64,000 nt of DNA from the NCBI RefSeq assembly GCF_009914755.1, contig NC_060929.1. One strand, 5' to 3'. The DNA comes from the human T2T-CHM13v2.0 reference genome, Homo sapiens. The translations under genes and the position numbers were made by a program. Below, piece after piece: positions 36,525-54,075 of this stretch. Under the pieces are notes generated by a model that saw only the letters and a list, made by a program, of their open reading frames with translations, was not told where the DNA came from and searched no databases. Every line of letters starts with the position of its first letter. The first letter of the stretch is position 1.

Positions 36525-38109
36525 TAGTTTACTTCTCAGCCCATTCCAGTCTAATTCTACCTAGCTTTCTTAGCTATTTATAGAACAAGAACACTGGCTT
36601 AGAGGAAGGGGAGAGATGTCTAAGTTTTCTTGCAAGTCCAGCTTTCCTACTCTGCTCCTAATTAGGTTTTCTGTTTCTATGGCTGTGACTTCTCTATCTC
36701 CAGCTTGCTGTGTTTACTTCTCCCAAGCAACAGCTCGGTATACTTACTTCTCAAATATAGGTTTCAAAACACATGGAGGAATCCACAAACCTCTGTGCAT
36801 CAGAGTCCAATTTTCCTGCCCTCAGAAAGGCACACAGCTGTATACACAGCATGTTTTGATCACTGGCAAGAGCTTTCTACCTGCCAAACACTTAAATTCA
36901 TTAACAGTCATTTACTGAGAAGGGCAGGATGTACAGCACCGTTTGTCAATAGCCACAGTCTTCCCATCTTCTCACCACCCTAGGAAAGAAGCCTGAGGAG
37001 GGAGATTTCTCACACAGACGACCCCTGTCAAGAGCCAAAATACCTTGGCAAGAAGAAGCCAAAAAAACACTCCACTCCCTATAAGTTCTGCATTTGGAGC
37101 TTCTCTGCAGTTTGCTAGACTGAGTAAATAGAGCTAGCAGCCAAAAATAAATATCTATTTTTCACAGCCAGAAGAGGGACAACTCCACAAGTGTTCATCT
37201 GTATCTGCCTTTGGCTCACTGGTTTTATTCCATAGCTTTGGTTCATGAGCGAACATCGCGCTGGCCTAATGCAGGTGGAAACACTTCTGGAGGTGCGGGC
37301 CTAGGGAGGAGAGGTGAAGAGCAGGAAACGCATCAGCACTTTTTCTTCTAAGCGCTCATGTCCCCAGAAGGCTCTGAAAATTTCAAGAAATTCTGTGAAT
37401 TTCTCAATCTGTGGTCATCGCTATATAAGCGGCCACAAATTAAAGGGGAAGTAATTTTGCAATTAGATGTTTCTTGAAGTTCAAGTGACTAACCCACTTA
37501 AGGTAGGCTGAGGAGATTTGGCCATATCAGATGGTCAGACCCAAAATATCCACGATCTGGTTTCTAAAATTAGGAAACTGACCCTGACACTCCCGCAGAT
37601 TTGTTTAAGGTGTTTGAATGTTTTTCAGCAAATTGGTCAATTTGGCAAACTGGCTTTTGAAGAAATTACTTTCAGAGATATGACAGAGCCCACTTTTCTC
37701 CTTGACACTGGATCCTTATTACCTACTCGGACCCTTAGTATGACCCCATCCTGGGGTCTGACTCAGCCAAACCACACCAACTCTTAGTCTACTTCTCAGG
37801 CGTCTGACCTCAGCCGTACAGCTGGCCAAAGACACCTACCTTAGAGCCATTTATTAACTTGCTTGCCATGCCTTAAGCCCTTGTAACTCTTTATCCATAG
37901 CTGTCATTCTTGGTCTCTCTGAAGCATGCTCTCTTTCTTAAAGCTCACCGTTGTTCTGAATTCCATTACCACTTTCTCTGACTCACTCTTCCAAATCAAG
38001 GCTCCTATCCTCTGGCTGAGTAAGCTGGGAGGAGGCCTCTGCTGTCGCAGTGGGAGGCCTCCAGGGTCATCCTGACTCATCCTCTCCTTATTTTGCTTTG
38101 TTGGTATCT

Positions 38110-41013
<2,904 letters not shown>

Positions 41014-41569
41014 GTATCCTGCAAAAACTAACAAACTCATCACCTGCTAAATTTCTGAAACTGGGGATATATACACAACACTCTATTTAAAAGGGCAGTT
41101 GTCTTCTCTGGGTTTCTGGATCTGATAACATACAACCAGTTATCGCATATCAACATACCAAATTGCTTAAAATTGTATGTTATTTAGTTTTACATAAACT
41201 AAAATGTGCCATCCCTTTGCTCCAGCATCTCCAGGGATAATCCCTATGCCACCCTCAGGCTGGCACTCCATGACCTGATCCCTCCTGTGCCCTGACTAGG
41301 AGTGGGCAGCTAACCCACACTGACCCACTTGACCTCTCACACATGCATTTGAATTGAGGGACACAGAGACCAGGAACTGGAAGCTGCATGCTATTAACAG
41401 CAGAGCTCTAACGAGAAGATCCCCAAACTCATGCATCAAGGTCCCTTTCCTCCCTGAATCCTGCTTATTTAACTTTTGCTTAGACTTCATAAGATCTGGT
41501 GCTCCATTTCAGACTTGTACTACTCTAGGCGTTGTTTGCAGCAAACATAAAAGAGATATGTACTTCAAT

Positions 41570-41990
41570 GTGGCAGATTCATTGGTTATCTCTTCCTTGC
41601 TGTTTTTCCCAACAGAGGTTAGAAAACATCAATATTCTATTTCTCTGCTTCTCTTGCCTTTAAGGGTGCCAGAGTTCTGGTCAAGGACACATACATAGAA
41701 GTCTTTGGAAGAAGTTTAGGGAAAGGATTTTTATGATAAATGAGTCAGGTGCAGCTGGTATGCCTTTTCACCTTATTCTTGATTTGAACTAAGATGTAAT
41801 AGTAGGAGCCTCAGCACCCACCTTGAAGCTATGTGGGAAAGGCCAGCAGAATGGTAGAGGTGCTGTCCCTGACACTGTGGAGCTGCTGAACCAATGCCAG
41901 TAACCACCCACCTCCAGATTTCTTGATATGAGAGGGAAAAAATGTTTGAGCCACTGTGAGTTAGGTTCTCCATTCTCCATTGCCTGCTGC
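41570..41990 (+). mobile_element. MLT1 (ERVL-MaLR) LTR
   Basis: ccctgacactgtggagctgctgaaccaatgccag...cctccagatttcttg...tttgagccactgtgagtt. Confidence 0.7.
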
Positions 41991-42359
41991 TGAAATGAAG
42001 AGTTCAAAAGCAATTCCTCCATTAAGACTGATTGCCCTCGTGCAAAGAAATACTTCCTGCTATGTAAGCAGTAACTCAAAAAGTAAAATTCACTAATTCT
42101 ATGCTGCCTGCAATTATTTCTTAATCACTCCACATGCACTTCCACAAATTGAACTTCTTAATCATGGGAACTAAATCATCTACCTTATTTAAAATTTCCA
42201 CAATCCCTGAGCAGGCTGGACAATTGGAAAAATGCTTTTAAAATTCTTTCCATAGCCACTAGGGCTCCAAATAAAGTACATCCCCAGAGTCAGTAAACAG
42301 TTTTAGAAAGTAGTACCTTTGGAACTAAACAAACCAAAAAAAAACCCCTGTGATTCACT

Positions 42360-43471
<1,112 letters not shown>

Positions 43472-44299
43472 TAGGATTTAATAGTGAAATATTAAAGGCA
43501 GAAATATTGGAATACTTAACTATTTACGATAGACTCCTTCCAATAGTCAGGGAGTTTCCAACTTAGTGTGTATAAGAATTTTTGTCAAAGCTGTAAAAAC
43601 AAAATTTGCATACTGTATTTTAAGAAATATAAAGGGATTTCAATGGTATTTTTGACTCTGACATTTTTCCTCCTCATTTTTTTTTAAAGACCTTGAGATC
43701 CTATTGGAGTTAATTTTTCTTTTTGCACTGATTTTAGAATGAACCTAACTCTCACAAATAATATGCCTCCTCTGTCTGACAAAATAAGATATTAGATATT
43801 GGAAACATAGTAACCACCTATCTGTCAAAACTTCAAAAATTCCTACTTAACTACCCATTAACTCTCTTGTTCTTTCTTTGAAATACTTACTGAAAGAAAT
43901 ATTTGTTGGTTTCACTTGGCTAGAGAAATTCCTGCTTAATAGTATTTATAGAAAGAGTCAGAATTTCACTAATGTTAGGACCATCAACAAACATACATAT
44001 TGGTCACTTTCCATGCATTATAATCCAGGCTTACTTGCAAGCCTAAAAATGTTGAAGGCTACCAGGTATGGAGACCAGGCCTATTCAGAGGCCAAGGACA
44101 ACCAGAGTGAGAAGAGAGGCCTTTAGAATGTGGTCTGTGAATGAAATACTATTGTCCAAGCTTTAGGAAGGAATTACAAAAATCTCAGGGGGAACAGGTC
44201 TTCTAAAACAACTTAGGGCTTGCCATCAAAAGAGGCCAAATGGGAAAGTAAAAGGAATGAAAGTCTGGTATAGCAGCCCATAATGCATTCCTTATAGCA

Positions 44300-44801
44300 G
44301 ACACAGTACTCTGCTACGTTTCCTGGCCATACCTCCTCTTCAGCTGCAGGTGTGGTAGAGTCTACCAGGTAGACAGTTCCTGGCAAGCTGAAGGCTTCCC
44401 TGCTCAAGTGCCCATCATCGTGTCTTTCACCTTTCCTGCCTCAAGGCTTTTCTAAAGCCTAAGTATTTCAGCCCTTGCACACACAAAGCTGGCAATGTTT
44501 CTTAGAGGGCATTTCTCAGCCAAAGAGGGTCTGGAGTTGATGGATAAATGTCTCACCTCACCTCCACCCCCATCCTTCAGGGGTGCATTCTGCAGTTTTT
44601 TTTAGAGGGTCCCCAGCAGTATTAAGCCCAGTTGCCCACAATGGTAACTAGCTAAATAATACTTCCGATGATGGCCTTTCCTTCTTCCCTGTTAACCTTT
44701 CTTTTTATCCTTATTCTGACTTCCTGGGATCATTCCCCAAAGATACTATTATACTCCAGTTTTTTACTCAGTCTTTGTTCTGGGGTTCCCAAACCAAGAC
44801 A
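44300..44801 (+). mobile_element. LTR16-type ERVL LTR
   Basis: agagggtccccagcagtattaagcccagttgcccacaatggtaac...ctggggttcccaaaccaagaca terminus. Confidence 0.65.
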
Positions 44802-44840
44802 GTCCTACTCATGGTAGAGGAGGAATAACATCGACTGAAA

Positions 44841-45219
<379 letters not shown>

Positions 45220-46779
45220 CTATGCAGAGAAGGAGTGGAAAGGAGTGATTCTGCTACATTTAAGGCCTGCCTTAAGGCAGGATGCCTTCCTTCTCTGTGC
45301 CAAACTATATTTCTTTTTCTTTTTATTTCTAGAGGCAGAGATCAGTCAAACTCTTTCACTGTTTCTTCATGCCGTATTAAATACACTGTTAAGCAATGGA
45401 CAGATATTGCCATCTGTGCTTTGAGCTCTTTACCAAAATTGGGATTATCTGGTGATCTAAGCAGTCTTAGATTCCAAAAGTTAGTTGGTTTCCTTGGTAA
45501 GGGCTAGGGTAGAGACAGAAGATTTTGTTCATAGCCTATGGCCAAGTTCCTGTAGGATTTCCAAAGCAACTGTTTAAATAAATGGCTGGGCAAGAAGAGA
45601 GGCTGTCCTGGCTGCTTTCATTATCTTCTTTGGGGCAAAAATTATTGGCCCTTCGTGACATCACTTATAAATTTTTAAGTTTCCGTGGTGTACATGGGTC
45701 AATTCCTTCCTAAATTATTTATAGTGATATATATATGTGCATGTGTGTATATATCAGTATCTATATATCTATATCTCAAAAGAACAAGCAAGCAAGAGTT
45801 CTCAACAGACAAGCATTGAGCAGAGTCTTTGCAGACATTTGGTGTTCTTTTCCTTTGGGGAAGACATGAAGCCTATCTTTCTGGAAGAAGCACAGAGACC
45901 TTGGTAATATCTTGCTTGAGAAAGGTGGATAGTTTGTTAATCCGTTTCCTTTCTATGAGAAGGGAAAAACTAGCTTCAGGAGTGCTGAGACCTAACTAGG
46001 GAGATTTTACCAAGAATGTCTCATAACATGCTGTCATTGAAGTAGCACGAGTTACCCAAAGTCTGGAAAGTACAAAGTAAGGGGGAAAAGTAAGATTTTA
46101 GGGATAAATCCAGCCAGAAAACTCATCAGGGCTCATTGTGCCCCCAAATCCATGGGCTTTGGAAGCACAAATAACTGCAGCTTCGGTTCAGTGCAGCTGG
46201 GACAAATATGGAAAGAACTGGAAGCCTTCTCTGGGAGGCAGGTCTCACAGGCCTAAGAAATTTCAGAGTGGGAGGCAGCCTGTGGTACAGGGTCAAAGCA
46301 GCACTGAGAACTTGCTGGGTATTAAAAACATGCAAAAGAAAAAGCAAGGAATCTGGATCAGAGGGAAATCAAGATCACAAATTGCTTGGAAAGTTGCTGT
46401 AATTCATTCATTCATTGACTGTTAATAGGTACTGGAGGTATAGCAACGAATAAGACCAGTGATGCCTTTTTTTTTTTCTATTTTAAGATACAGAATACTT
46501 TGTTAGTTCCCTAGATTATTTCTTAATGGTGGACCATTTGTAACATTATACCTTGAAACACTTAGCTAAAAGTCAAGTCTAGGTGTTATTAAGAATTCCA
46601 TTGACATTTCAAGCTAATGTTTATAAAATAATACATCTTTGATATTAGACTTATGTCCTTTCCTATTCCCCCAAAATCTTGATAGTAAAATTGTTTCCTG
46701 TTTTTGAGTTAGGTGATCAACAAATGTATCGTGTACTTATTATGTGCTCACCCAGTATGTGGATAGCATGGAAGATGCT

Positions 46780-47235
46780 TTTTTCAGTTTTGAGCTGGGC
46801 ATATTGTTGTGAAAAATAAAGATTACATTTCCAGCTTCCTTGTACTTAGGTATGACCTTGTAGTTCTGGCCACTGAGATATAAAATGTGAGATATAAAAA
46901 AACAGCTAACAAGGGCTGGGTTTTTTTGTTTGTTTGTTAGTTTGTTTGTTTGTTTTTGCCCTTTTGTCTTGAACCTGTTCCTTCCAGAGGGACCGAAATG
47001 CAGATATGAAGGTTGGCACTCCAGTTGCCATCTTGGACCACAAGTGACACTGGGGATGGAAGCTGCATGCTGAGCATGGTGGAGCAGGGAGACAGGAGGG
47101 TCCCGGAAAGCATCATGGGCTGCCATGCTAGTCCTGGATTATCTATTTCCAGTTTCCTTTACCCAAGAAATAAATAAATGCTTATCTTTTTAAGCTTCTT
47201 TTGAGTTATCTGTTACTTGTAGCCAAATTTGTTGC
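46780..47235 (+). mobile_element. MLT1 LTR
   Basis: acatttccagcttccttgtacttagg...agttctggccactgagat...gccatcttggaccacaag...ctgttacttgtagccaa. Confidence 0.7.
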
Positions 47236-47559
47236 AATTTGCAGCAGATATAGTTAGAGTTCTGTAGCTTATTTGGGCCATTTTTACTTATAAGTGACAG
47301 TAACTTTGCATTAAAAGATTGCCTAGCTAGGTATTGCCTTGAGCAATTGCTGTTAGGCTTCTCTTTCAATGGGGTTGCTCAGAAAAGCTGAGGCAGGTCC
47401 CCTTAGACCATTATCCTTCCGTCTTTTTTTCACACTTGCCTGGTAGGATCTTATCCAGCTCTTTTCCGAGCTCTTCCTTATCTCCTCCCTCCATTTTCAT
47501 TTCCTTCTGGTCTCTGTCAACTGATTTTGCTATCTGGGAGCTTATATAAAGCTAGGAAT

Positions 47560-48238
<679 letters not shown>

Positions 48239-49354
48239 TGATCTTTCATTGACTTCTGTGTGAACCAAATCCCTAAGAATCTCAGACATGGACACTTACG
48301 CATCATCATAGTTATACTGTTTCTACATTATGCAGGTTTCCCAGAAGAAAATAAATTCCTTTAAAAGAAAAAAAAATTATTCTAATACAATTTGTTACTA
48401 CTACCCAACTTATTCTACAAAGCTAGGGCAAGGTCTAAAGAGAGGAATGGAGAAAACAAACAAGACCAGTTAAACAGTGAAAGCAGGCTCAGTGAACAGC
48501 AGAAATCTTTGTGTGTACTCAGTCTTGTAGAGACGTTTCTTCCTAAGGTCAAGAGAGGCTTCATCTATTCATTTCCTTTTGGGAAGTTTTAGGAACAAAG
48601 AAGCAGTATCTTTAGTTTTGTTATTGAGGAGCAGCAGCTGAGACTTTCGTGCATGTAAAATGTCACCACTAGGGACTTTGAGATCTTCTGCCAAGCTGCT
48701 CATGACTTCCTACCTTTTAAATGTCTTGTATTCTATAGTACTTTAAGATTTCTAACCAATTAAATTTTCTTCTATATCTGCATCACCTCCATTCTCATGC
48801 TCACAATACTAGCCTTTGTGCCTAGAATAGACTTCAGACCATTTGCTCCTCTTGTTCAAAACACAACCCAAACTTTTCTCACTGGACCCTGTGTATACCT
48901 CACTCAGAACACTGACCATGTTATCTAGGAAGGGTTTGTTTGTATATATTTTCCTATTTAACTCTCTGCCTTGAGGGCCTAACCCTTTGCCTATCATAGA
49001 GTAAGGCCCTCAGTGGATATCTACTGACCTTTGGCAGGAGTGATAGTCAGTCATCATATCTGCCAACAGCTATGTGTGGTCAATTATCATTTGCAATAAG
49101 CTAGTCTAAAAAAATTATCCTGAAATTTAAAATTACATAACAAAACAAAAAAACACTGTGCAGGACAAAGAGAAAGAAAACTGCCCAAGGCTGGAAAATA
49201 CAAATTTGAACACAGCTGGGAGCTGTAAAGGGAAACAAGTACAACTCTTCACTGATATTATGAAAAGTCTTTTGTAATGAAGCATCAGAAAATTAAACAA
49301 TCATACGATATGTACTAATACAAAATAGTGCACATTATGCTAATACAAAAGATA

Positions 49355-49610
49355 AGACAGTGGAGTGGTTTAGGGCATATGCTTGGGAGCCACATTTCAA
49401 AGTTTATATTCTGGCTCTGCTACTTCCAAGCTATGTGGAATTAGGCAAATTACCTAACATCTCTGTTTCTGTAGCTTCATCCTTTGTAAAATGCAGATTC
49501 TACTATTGTTCTCCTCAGTGGACTTTTAATAAAAGGAGTTAATATATCAAAAGCACTTAGACAAGTGGCTGACATATAGAAGCAGCAATATAAATATTTT
49601 AGTATTATTG
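49355..49610 (+). mobile_element. MIR
   Basis: ggagtggtttagggc...ctggctctgctactt...ttaggcaaattacctaac...aaagcacttagacaagtggctgacata. Confidence 0.8.
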
Positions 49611-49778
49611 TTTTTGTTATAATTCCCCATCTTTAAGCATGACTCATGACAACAAAAACCAGAAATGTTAAGGTTGGAAGCCTAACACATTTATATATGT
49701 AAATAGTAAAGAGGATGGATTAAGATGGCAATGTGGGTCATTCATTACTTTTAAAGGGGGTCTTAACATTATACTTTT

Positions 49779-50225
49779 AGGCGGGTGCGGTAGTTCACGC
49801 TTGTAATCCCAGCACTTTGGGAAGCTGAGGCGGGCGGGTCGCTTGAGGTCAGGAGCTCGAGACCAGCCTGGCCAATATGGCGAAACCCCGTCTCTATTAA
49901 AAATACAAAAATTGGGCCAGGCGCGGTGGCTCACGCCTGTAATCCCAGCACTTTGGGGGGCCGAGGCGGGCGGATCACGAGGTCAGGAGATTGAGACCAT
50001 CCTGGCTAACACGGTGAAACCCCGTCTCTACTAAAAATACAAAAAAATTAGCCGGGCGTGGTGGCTGACACCTGCAGTCCCAGCTACTTGGGAAGCTAGC
50101 TGAGTCAGGAGAATGGCGTGAACCCAGGAGGCGGAGCTTGCAGTGAGCCAAGATCGCCCCACTGCACTCCAGTATGGGCGACCGAACGAGACTCCGTCTC
50201 AAAAAGAAAAACAAAGTGTATGTAT

Positions 50226-50280
<55 letters not shown>

Positions 50281-50390
50281 TTAGCCGGGCATGGTGGTGC
50301 ACCCCTGTAATCCCAGCTACCCAGGAGACTGAGGCAAGAGAATCGCTGAACCCAGAAGGCAGAGGTTTCAGTGAGCTAAGATCGTGTTAC
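49779..50390 (+). mobile_element. AluS host with a nested AluY (49914-50215) and (CA)n (50232-50278); the host tail resumes at 51903-51945
   Basis: Left arm, inserted full AluY, CA repeat, then a right arm cut by LTR12C. Confidence 0.85.
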
Positions 50391-51902
50391 TGAGAGGTGA
50401 CAGCGTGCTGGCAGTCCTCAGAGCCCTCGCTTGCTCTTGGCACCTCCTCTGCCTGGGCTCCCACTTTGGCAGCATTTGAGGAGCCCTTCAGCCCCCCCCT
50501 CCACTGCACTGTGGGAGCCCTTTTCTGGGCTGGCCAAGGCTGGAGCCCACTCCCTCAGCTTGCAGGGAGGTGTGGAGGGAGAGGCGTGAGCGGGAACCGG
50601 GGCTGCGTGCGGCGCTTGCGGGCCAGCTGGAGTTCCGGGTGGGCGTGGGCTTGGCGGGCCCCACACTCGGAGCAGCCAGCCAGCCCTGCTGGCCCCGGGC
50701 AATGAGGGACTTAGCACCCAGGCCAGTGGCTGCGGAGGATGTACTGGGTCCCCTAGCAGTGCCAGCCCACCGGCGCTGCGCTCGATTTCTCACGGAGCCT
50801 TAGCTGCCTTCCCGCAGGGCAGGGTTCGGGACCTGCCGCCCGCCATGCCTGAGCCTCCCACCCACTCCGTGGGTTCCTGTGCAGCCCCAGCCTCTCCGAC
50901 GAGCACCACCCCCTGCTCCACGGCGCCCAGTCCCATCGACCACCCAAGGGCTGAGGAGTGTGAGCGCACGGCGCGGGACTGGCAGGCAGCTCCACCTGCA
51001 GCCCTGGTGCAGGATCCACTGGGTGAAGCCATCTGGGCTCCTGAGTCTGGTGGGGACGTGGAGAGTCTTTATATCTAGCTCAGGGATTGTAAATACACCA
51101 TTCAGCACCCTGTGTTTAGCTCAAGGTTTGTGAGTGCACCAATCGACACTCTGTATCTAGCTGCTCTGGTGGGGCCTTGGAGAACCTTTATGTCTAGCTC
51201 AGGGATTGTAAACACACCAATCAGCACCCTGTGTTTAGCTCAAGGTTTGTGAGTGCACCAATCGACACTCTGTATCTAGATGCTCTGGTGGGGCCTTGGA
51301 GAACCTGTGTGTGGAAACTGTATCTAACTAATCTGATGGGGACGTGGAGAACCTTTGTATCTAGCTCAGGGATTGTAAACGCACCAATCAGTGCCCTGAC
51401 AAAACAGGCCACTCGGCTCTACCAATCAGCAGGATGTGGGTGGGGCCAGATAAGAGAATAAAAGCAGGCTGCCTGAGCCAGCATTGGCAACCAGCTCGGG
51501 TTCCCTTCCACACTGTGGAAGCTTGGTTTTTTTGCTCTTTGCAATAAATCTTGCTACTGCTCACTCTTTGGGTCCACGCTGCTTTTATGAGCTGTAACAC
51601 TCACCACGAAGGTCTGCAGCTTCACTCCTGAGCCCAGCAAGACTAAGAGCCCACTGGGAGGAACGAAAAACTCCGGACGCGCTGCCTTAAGAGCTATAAC
51701 ACTCACCGCGAAGGTCTGCAGCTTCACTCCTGAGCCAGCGAGACCACGAACCCACCAGAAGAAAGAAACTCCGAACACATCTGAACATCACAAGGGACAG
51801 ACTCCAGACGCGCCACCTTAAGAGCTGTTAACACTCACCGCGAGAGTCCACGGCTTCATTCTTGAAGTCAGTGAGACCAAGAACCCTCCAATTCCGGACC
51901 CA
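50391..51902 (+). mobile_element. LTR12C (ERV9) solo LTR, full length
   Basis: TGAGAGGTGACAGCGTGCTGGCAG...aattccggaccCA; 4-bp target duplication ttac; CpG-rich U3, tandem CCAAT/GATA repeats, aataaaagcaggctgcc TATA-like element, aataaa in R. Confidence 0.93.
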
Positions 51903-52629
51903 TTACTGCACGCCCGCCTGGGCTCTGTCTCTAAAAATAAAAAAATTATACTTTTATAAACTCTTTCCTTGAAGGGTTAAATGCATATGAGGAAGCGGCA
52001 CATGGACTTCCTTGGCGCTTCCCCCACCCTCCCTTTCTACCTTGTGTCCATACCAAATTTTGTGATTTATCACTAAGTACAAATTATTAGTTAAGTGCTA
52101 TAAAGATTCTTTTGAAATACCTTTTGGGAAGGATATAGAATTTATTTTAAGAGCATAAAACTAGACAACTGGTGTTTCTTTATTGCTTGCTTTGGAACTC
52201 ATATTCCTATTGGAGTTCCCAATTAGGCAGTTTGCGAATGAAAATTTCTAAATCTTGGGCTAAAGCCTGTTTTGGTAACAACTTTAGTCCTTATTTGAAT
52301 TACATTAGTAGGCATGTGTACAACCTGTAACTTCTGAGATATTTGGTCCTTGAGACTTCTAGCGGCATTAAAAATATGACAGGTTCTAGGCTCTCGGTAC
52401 TTACACACTTTTCTCTCTCTTTTTTTTTTTTTTTTTGACAAGGCTGCTAAGAGAACACTGCAATCTTTGGGTAGTTCACCCGTTTTCTTTACTGTGCAAG
52501 GTTCATAAAGGCAGGCACTATGTCTGTCATGTTTGTCACTATATCTCCCATGCCAACCACAGTGTGTACTTCACATAATGAGCATTTCAAAGGCAACATT
52601 TGGTAAAGAGATATGAATGAAGGTCTTAC

Positions 52630-52810
52630 ACTGAAGCAGTGGGGAACAGTAGAACCAGCCTAAGCATTAGATCTGGGTTCAAATTCCAGTTTTGCTCATT
52701 ATCTATGTGATCTACAGCAAGTTGCTTGACAAACTTTAATTTTTACTTTTTTGTAAAATGGGAATAATACCTATTATATAAGGATTATAAGAATCTATAA
52801 TCATTTATTA
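52630..52810 (+). mobile_element. MIR fragment
   Basis: agatctgggttcaaattccagttttgc...tgtaaaatgggaataatacct. Confidence 0.7.
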
Positions 52811-52949
52811 AAACTAAGGAGTGTTTAGTGTTTTCTTCGTAATGTGTTTCAAAATATGGGCTTTAAAAATTGAGTGAAATACAATTCCTGTCCTTAATAA
52901 ATTTCCACATACGATAGTAAGACAAATAAAAAAATACTACGGAAATTTT

Positions 52950-53520
52950 ATGGGTTTTCAAGGTCGGGAGTGATGATGTGTTTGAGGGAATTAGGAAAGG
53001 AGGTGGCATATGAAAAAGTCCTTAAGGGATATTTAGGATCTCAGCAGTTAAAATGGGTAGGCATATCCAAGGTAAACAAAGAGAACATAAGCAGGGAGGT
53101 AAAAAGGTACTGAGTGTGACTGAAGAAGGGCCAGTTACTCCTGGCTGAACTGTAAGGTTCGCACAGGAAAGTAGAGATACGTCAGAAATGTGTGGTGGGG
53201 CCATATTAGTGGTGACAGGTTCTTTCTTTAATCCAGTAGACAATGAGAAACGCTGATTTGGGTCTATGGCATAATAGGAAGTAGTATGCCACATACTGCA
53301 TGTGGGAGTTCTGCAGGACAGATTGGGAAGTGCATGCGTGTAAGACTGGGAAGACCAGTTAGGAGAGGCTATTGCACTGTTTTAAGTAAGACATAATAAA
53401 GCCCTGCACCAGGCGGAGAGCAGAAGGAACGCACAGAAGACGCAGGAGAGGCACATTTCAGAGAGAATCCAGTATGCAATGGATGTCGCACACAAGAGAG
53501 AGAGACGCAGGTGACCGGAG
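52950..53520 (-). mobile_element. Degenerate L2 fragment, antisense to HMGCR
   Basis: Purine-rich + strand with the L2-antisense phrase gggaagaccagttaggagaggctattgca. Boundaries uncertain. Confidence 0.55.
53474..53510 (+). CDS. HMGCR: HMGCR alternative first exon 1b, coding part (MQWMSHTRERDA+G), adding 20 aa when spliced to exon 2
   Basis: ATG at 53474, donor CAG|gtgacc at 53510/53511; 37 nt plus 23 nt of exon 2 UTR is in frame with the canonical ATG ([21 protein letters not shown]). Matches the N-terminally extended isoform as I recall it; the exon 5' boundary is not determinable here. Confidence 0.75.
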
Positions 53521-53869
53521 CCATTTACACTAATGGGTAAATCTCGGGAAAGCGCTGGTTTCGGCTACCGGCCAGTTACAGGTTTGAGGTGCCCGTCGCC
53601 GCCACCTTCCCTTTTTTTATATTCCTCTTTTTCTCATGGCCGCCTCCGCTTCCCTCCATCTCTCCCGCGCTAGTAACTGAGCTTTCAGTCATCGACCTGA
53701 CCCTGCGTTTTCCCTCACGCTCCGATTCTGCTTCCTATCACTGCCTCCTACTGTACTATCACAGCCAGGACGAGCACGGGTCAGGCACTGAGGCTGTGGG
53801 ACACTCCACCCGCCTGGTCCCCTATCGCCTCCGCCTAGGCAGCTGCCATGCGTGCGCCCCCACAGCTCT

Positions 53870-54075
53870 AGGACCAATAGGCAGGCCCTAGTGCTGGGAC
53901 TCGAACGGCTATTGGTTGGCCGAGCCGTGGTGAGAGATGGTGCGGTGCCTGTTCTTGGCCCTGCAGAGAGCTGTGGGCGGTTGTTAAGGCGACCGTTCGT
54001 GACGTAGCGCCGTCAGGCCGAGCAGCCCCCAGGCGATTGGCTAGACAATCGAACGATCCTCTCTTATTGGTCGAA
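53870..54075 (+). promoter_or_regulatory. HMGCR: TATA-less proximal promoter: CCAAT boxes (53874, 53911, 54036, 54066), SRE-like GTGCGGTG (53940-53947), GC box (53975), CRE-like TGACGTAG (54000-54007)
   Basis: Motifs read directly; the arrangement agrees with established SREBP/NF-Y/CREB control of HMGCR. Confidence 0.85.

Noticed and set aside
51060-51430. Regularly spaced repeats resembling a CRISPR-like array
   Set aside because: These are the normal LTR12 U3 tandem enhancer repeats; there are no unique spacers and the context is eukaryotic.
50397-51778. Many overlapping 60-100 aa ORFs
   Set aside because: All lie in GC-rich LTR12C sequence with no protein-like features.
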